Assembly: GCA_963816145.1 (NCBI GenBank) | Contig: CAWFJP010000003.1 | Coordinates: forward strand, 800,001-864,000 | Direction of reading: 5' to 3' | Source: an uncultured delta proteobacterium | Lineage (GTDB): Bacteria > Desulfobacterota > Binatia > UBA9968 | Length of the DNA: 64,000 nt | Shown: positions 59,445-64,000 of the stretch, one piece after another | How the letters are laid out: each line of letters begins with the position of its first letter | Numbering within the stretch: position 1 is the first letter of the stretch | Position numbers and translations under genes: made by a program | Notes under the pieces: model-generated | The model's input: only the letters and a program-made list of their open reading frames with translations | What the model was told of the DNA's origin: nothing | Database searches by the model: none

Positions 59445-60399
59445 CTATTTAAGGTTTTGTTGCACTTCCCGCAACAACCGCAAATCGAGCACCCGCGCCA
59501 GCGGCGTTTCCTCTTTCAAATTCATTCGCTCGGTCTCGCGCTTGAGCGCATCACGGATGCCCTTCTCGTCCATACCGCCATCTTTGGAAAACGCCGGCAA
59601 CATCGATTTGTAAAGCTCATCCGCCGTAGCCATATCGACACCGTATTCCTTGCCGATAAACTGGGTCACTTCAGTCGCGCGCTGCGGAATGTAGCGCAAG
59701 CTCTTCAGAGTTGCGCTCAACATGCGTTTGACCAACTCCGGACGTTCGCGAATCAATCGGTCTGAAGTGCCGACGCCGGACAGCGATTGCTCGACGTAGT
59801 CGCCGAAATAAGCCAGCGTCCGATAGCCCATCTGCTTGGCCATGCCGTTAAACGGCGGCGACAACACGCCGGCGTCCACCGTCCCCGCTTTCATCGCGGT
59901 AAGAATATTGGAGGTCGTCCCGGTGCCGATGAAGGCGACGTCCTTGTCCGGGGATAGTCCGTTTCTGCTGACCAGAAAGCGCGCCAGCGTATCGGTCGAT
60001 GAACCGATGGCGGTAATGCCGATGACCTTGCCTTTGAGTTCAGCCATCGATTTTATCTCCGGCTTGGCCATCAGCCAAAAAGAAGGCTTGACGGTTAGAA
60101 ACCCGACAACTTTCACCGGCAATCCGCGCGCCGCGCCGGCCATCACCTGGGACTGCGCGCCGGAAAAATCGATATCGCCGGTGGTGAGCGCCGCGACTTG
60201 AATGGTGGAGGCGACCAAAACCATCTGCAGGTCGATGCCTTCAGCCTGAAAGATGCCTTTGTCGCGGCCCAGGGTAATGGGAAGATAGTTGAGGCTCTTC
60301 GCCGGATAGGCAAAACGCACGCGATCGGCGGCGAAACCAACGTCGCTGCCAATCGACAACATGAATGAATATAAACAAGGCTGTCGCGATTGCCGCCAT
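59445..60399 (-). CDS. NMT1/THI5-family substrate-binding protein; signal peptide shifted by an ATTC duplication near 60365
   Basis: MAAIATALFIF in one frame continues as MLSIGSDVGFAADRVRF in another. Confidence 0.78.
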
Positions 60400-60512
60400 A
60401 TCGTTCCCCGCACGATCCGATTTCCTCCCCCTTGATGGGGGAGGATTAAGGTGGGGGTGCGCAACATTTTCAACAGCGTGCGCAGCACCCCCATCCTTAC
60501 CTTCCCCCGTCG

Positions 60513-60644
60513 CAGACTGTGTCGCAACTGTCATTTCGAGGTGAAGCCGAGAAATCTCTTCTTCGTATGTGGCTGAAAACACGAGATCCCTCGCTGCGCT
60601 CGGGATGACAAATGTGGGGCATTTGCGCATTACGACACAGCCTC
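60513..60644 (-). mobile_element. 132-bp MITE-like element, copy 2
   Basis: Reverse complement of 49925-50056; TCG flanking duplication. Confidence 0.8.
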
Positions 60645-60715
60645 TCGCGAGGGAAGGAATCGATCCATCGGACAGTGACTCAGGCGTAAGTTGATAACTA
60701 TTCTTCAATCCCATT

Positions 60716-61696
60716 TTATTTCATCCCCAACTCCTGCAATGCTTCTCGCAAGATACTAAAATCGACCACTCGCGCCACCGCCACCGGCTCTTTCACCTGT
60801 TGATCGCGCCGCGCCCGCTCGATGTCGCTCTCCAAGACCCGCTCGCCAACGATACCGTTCGAGCTCATGCCTTTGACGTAAATATCATAGGATGCTTCGG
60901 CGATACCGGGTTCGAGTTTCAACCAATCGGCGATGATGCGGACACTGTCGGCTTTGTTGCCGCGAATAAAACTCTGCGCTTTCAAAAGCGCGCGCAGCAT
61001 TTTTTTGACCTGCGCCGGTTTGTCCCTCAAGGTGTCATTGTGCAGCGCCAGTCCCGAGACACTAGTCTCGAACACATCCGCTGCGGCGACCAATCGCACG
61101 AAGCCTTTGCTTTCCGCCTCGAAATTGAACGGCGGCGGCACGATCGCCGCGTCGAGTTTGCCGCTGAGCAAGGCTTGCAGGCGTTGGCCGCTGCCCGAGA
61201 CTTGGAAAGCCTGGACATCTTTTTCGAGCCCCATTCCAGCCTGGCTGAGCATGGCGCGCAGCATGAATTCGGTGGAATCGCCATAACCGGCAAAGCCGAT
61301 CACTTTGCCGCGGAGGTCGGCTACAGATTTCAACTCGCGCTTGGCGACCAACACATGGAGCGGACGGCCGTTGAAGTAGGTCACGATCTTGATCGGCAAC
61401 CCCTTCACGCCGGCGCGCAACGCGGCGCCGACGGCGGTGGTGTAGCCGATCTCTTTTGTCGTGACGGCGACGAGACCGACATTGGTGGCGATGCGAATTA
61501 TTTCAGCATCGATGCCTTCCTCGCGAAAAAAGCCCTTGGCGTAGGCCACCTGCGGCGCGACAAAACTCAATGACAGGCTCGGCATGCCGATGCGAACCTT
61601 TTCCAAATTTTGCGCGCCAACGCTTTGTGCCCAGGCCAGGATCAAAACCAATAAAACGCTGCGAACGAGTATCATGCCAAGTTGCTCAACTTTCAT
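60716..61696 (-). CDS. NMT1/THI5-family substrate-binding protein
   Basis: A.AKGFF.EEG.D and DLRGK motifs. Confidence 0.88.
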   Translation of the reverse strand: MKVEQLGMILVRSVLLVLILAWAQSVGAQNLEKVRIGMPSLSLSFVAPQVAYAKGFFREEGIDAEIIRIATNVGLVAVTTKEIGYTTAVGAALRAGVKGLPIKIVTYFNGRPLHVLVAKRELKSVADLRGKVIGFAGYGDSTEFMLRAMLSQAGMGLEKDVQAFQVSGSGQRLQALLSGKLDAAIVPPPFNFEAESKGFVRLVAAADVFETSVSGLALHNDTLRDKPAQVKKMLRALLKAQSFIRGNKADSVRIIADWLKLEPGIAEASYDIYVKGMSSNGIVGERVLESDIERARRDQQVKEPVAVARVVDFSILREALQELGMK

Positions 61697-62661
61697 TTGC
61701 CTTTAATCCCAAGCTCTCGTTGCGCCTCGCGCAAAGGCGTCAGATCCGCCACCTCGCCCACGGCGATCTCCCGGCTGATATTGGCTTCGCTGCGAGCCTG
61801 CTCCAGCACCAGACGCAAACCGCTCTCCGGAATCGTGCCATCGGCGTTGAAGACCTTCACTGCGGCATCGTATGCCGCAGTGGCGGAGTTGCGGTCGGTG
61901 CGCCCCCAGGCGGTGAGAATTTGAATCGACTCATCACGATTGTCGCGAATAAAGCGATTGGCGCGCACAAACGCTTTGAGCGTGCGCTTCACTTCGTCCG
62001 GCTTGTCGCTGAGTTTCTTTGTGCTCGTTCCCAGGCCGACAAACGGAAAAGTAAAGATTTCGTAGGCGCGGGCTAAAATATTGAATCCCGCTTTTCTCCC
62101 TTCGGAGTCCATCGGCGGCGCGATCACCGCGACATCGACAATGCCCTCCTTCAACGCCGCAAAGCGGGCGCGATCGGGACCCAGGGCGACGATCTTCATC
62201 TGTTTCTCCGGATCGACGCCGTAATGTTTGATCATCATCCGCCCGGCAATATCGTCGGACGCGCCGTAGGACCCCACCCCCATGGTTTTGCCGCGCAAAT
62301 CTTTGACCGATTTGAATTCTGGCCGGGCGATCAAAGCATGGGTAGAGCCGTCGATCCAGCTCGCCACCACCCGCACCGGCAGGCCACGCACCGCCGCGCG
62401 CACCACCGAACCGAACACCGTCGTGTAATCGATATCGCCGCTCGCCAGCGCCGTGATCGACACCGGCGGGCGCATGCCGATGATCTCCGGCTCCAACCCT
62501 TCGTCGCGGAAGTAGCCTTTTTTGGCGGCGACGCCGGCGGTCATGAACGAAACGTTGAAGTTCGCCACCGCGATGCGAATCTTGTCCGCCGCGAAACTCT
62601 GCCGCGACCCAGGGCAGACAAGCGCCGCGCTTGCGAGGAACGCCAGAAAGGTTTTTCTCAT
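61693..62661 (-). CDS. NMT1/THI5-family substrate-binding protein
   Basis: A.KKGYF.DEGL and DLRGK motifs. Confidence 0.88.
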   Translation of the reverse strand: MRKTFLAFLASAALVCPGSRQSFAADKIRIAVANFNVSFMTAGVAAKKGYFRDEGLEPEIIGMRPPVSITALASGDIDYTTVFGSVVRAAVRGLPVRVVASWIDGSTHALIARPEFKSVKDLRGKTMGVGSYGASDDIAGRMMIKHYGVDPEKQMKIVALGPDRARFAALKEGIVDVAVIAPPMDSEGRKAGFNILARAYEIFTFPFVGLGTSTKKLSDKPDEVKRTLKAFVRANRFIRDNRDESIQILTAWGRTDRNSATAAYDAAVKVFNADGTIPESGLRLVLEQARSEANISREIAVGEVADLTPLREAQRELGIKGK

Positions 62662-62667
62662 TGGGAA

Positions 62668-63159
62668 TCAGTCCTTCGACTTGGGATCGCCTTGCGCCGC
62701 TTCGAGAATCGATTGGGCGATGGCGCCGTAGGCGCCGCAACGGCAGATGTTGCCGCTGAGCCATTCGCCGATCTGCTCGCGGGTGGGATCGGGATTTTCC
62801 AAAAGAAGCGCTTTTGCCGCCATGATTTGCCCCGGCGTGCAGTAGCCGCATTGAGCGCCGATGTTGCGGATGAATGCCTCTTGCAGCGAGTCCAGTTTGT
62901 CGCCTTGAGCGACGCCTTCGATGGTCAGCACCGACTTGCCGCTCGCTTCGAACGCCAAGTAGTTGCAAGAACTCACCGGCCGGCCGTCGACCAGCACAGT
63001 GCAGACGCCGCAGACTTCCGACTCGCAGGAGCGCTTGGTGCCGGTGAGTTTGAGCCGAGAACGGAGAAACTCAAGCAGGGTGACTTCGATCGCTACTTCG
63101 CCGGACCAGGGTTTGCCATTGACGCTGAATGATAAATTGAATGTACTTCGCGCTTCCAT
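62668..63159 (-). CDS. coxS: (2Fe-2S) small subunit of a xanthine dehydrogenase/CO dehydrogenase-family molybdoenzyme
   Basis: GTK.SC....CG.CTV, QCGYCTPG and GNICRC motifs. Confidence 0.88.
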   Translation of the reverse strand: MEARSTFNLSFSVNGKPWSGEVAIEVTLLEFLRSRLKLTGTKRSCESEVCGVCTVLVDGRPVSSCNYLAFEASGKSVLTIEGVAQGDKLDSLQEAFIRNIGAQCGYCTPGQIMAAKALLLENPDPTREQIGEWLSGNICRCGAYGAIAQSILEAAQGDPKSKD

Positions 63160-63289
63160 TTTTTTAATAATCCGCCCGCTTAGCTGACCGATCCCCAATC
63201 CGATATCCTCCCCCGCGACGGGGGAGGATTAAGGTGGGGGTTCGTCCTCGCAACTAAATCATGCCCCCATCCTAACCTTCCCCCGTCGA

Positions 63290-63421
63290 TAGACTGTGTC
63301 GCAACTGTCATTTCGAGGTGAAGCCGAGAAATCTCTTCTTCGTATGTGGCTGAAAACACGAGATCCCTCGCTGCACTCGGGATGACAGATGTGGGGCATT
63401 TGCGCATTACGACACAGCCTC
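63290..63421 (-). mobile_element. 132-bp MITE-like element, copy 3
   Basis: Near-identical to copy 2; TCGA flanking duplication. Confidence 0.8.
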
Positions 63422-63442
63422 TCGAACGGGGGAAGGCATCAC

Positions 63443-64000
63443 TCAATCTTCGAGAATCACGCTCGCCTGCTCCAACGTATCACCGAGCATGACCCCGGTC
63501 ATATACAACTTATACTCGGCGCTCCCGAGCAGATCATCCACTGGTCGCAGAAGCTCGCGCAAATACTTTTTCTCTTCCGCAACAACCTTTTTTGCATCGG
63601 CCAACGTCACGCCACCAAGCTTCCCCTCCAGCTCCGCCAAGCGCTGCGCCTTCGGTCCGACACAGCCCACAGCCAAACGCGCCTCGGCGATCATTTCATT
63701 ATCGACTCTCACCGCAACGGCGACGCCGAGCGTCGGGCGCTGATAGCGATGTAATCGCTGGTACGCGCTCATCATGCCATCGGGCAACCACGGCACTTCG
63801 ACCTCCAACAGTAGATCGCCAGCTTCGAGCGCCGTGGCGTACATGTCGACGAAGAATGTATCTAAGCCAATCCGCCGCTCGCCCGTATCGTTACCGATGA
63901 CCACCGAAGAATTGTGAACCAACAGCACCGTGCCCGGATCGGAGTGCGGATCGTTGAACGCCAGATTGCCGCCCAAGGTGCCTTGATTGCGCACGCGGAT
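63443..64000 (-). CDS. coxM: FAD-binding medium subunit of a CoxM/XdhB-family enzyme, 3' part only
   Basis: VRN.GTLGGNL...DP.SD and DD..GSAEYK motifs. Confidence 0.85.
   Translation of the reverse strand: MRVRNQGTLGGNLAFNDPHSDPGTVLLVHNSSVVIGNDTGERRIGLDTFFVDMYATALEAGDLLLEVEVPWLPDGMMSAYQRLHRYQRPTLGVAVAVRVDNEMIAEARLAVGCVGPKAQRLAELEGKLGGVTLADAKKVVAEEKKYLRELLRPVDDLLGSAEYKLYMTGVMLGDTLEQASVILED

Noticed and set aside
60241-60714. ORFs containing VIPSAARDL (also at 49939 and 63180) or VIPAKAGIH (1726)
   Set aside because: Translations of MITE and palindrome DNA, not genes.
62668-64000. Aerobic CO dehydrogenase call
   Set aside because: Only the small and partial medium subunits are visible; the diagnostic large subunit is not in the window, so the substrate cannot be assigned.

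Overview
GC-rich bacterial window made almost entirely of solute-binding protein (SBP) genes, aromatic/N-heterocycle catabolic enzymes and nested intergenic palindromic repeats. The gene content resembles Candidatus Binatia/Binatota soil genomes (inference, not tested). The main feature is a ~24 kb head-to-tail minus-strand array (8829-32585) of 22 ABC_sub_bind (PF04392-type) SBP loci: 17 intact, 4 disrupted and 1 internally deleted. A 23rd copy lies at 4020, and no cognate permease or ATPase is present. The array looks cassette-like: conserved 3' tails, heptamer-repeat spacers, signal peptides apparently built from repeat arms and swapped between mature domains, three convergent toxin-antitoxin-like pairs docked at gene 3' ends, and a duplicated sigma54 leader with enhancer palindromes next to a repeat whose core is inverted between the two copies. 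The right half carries a benzoate-CoA ligase with a complete Liv/Hba-type ABC transporter, many orphan NMT1/Bug SBPs, a gentisate dioxygenase, UbiD and dihydroxyphthalate-decarboxylase-like genes, and CoxS/CoxM-type subunits. Several isolated frameshifts may be assembly errors. No rRNA, tRNA, CRISPR array, integrase, reverse transcriptase or transposase gene was seen.
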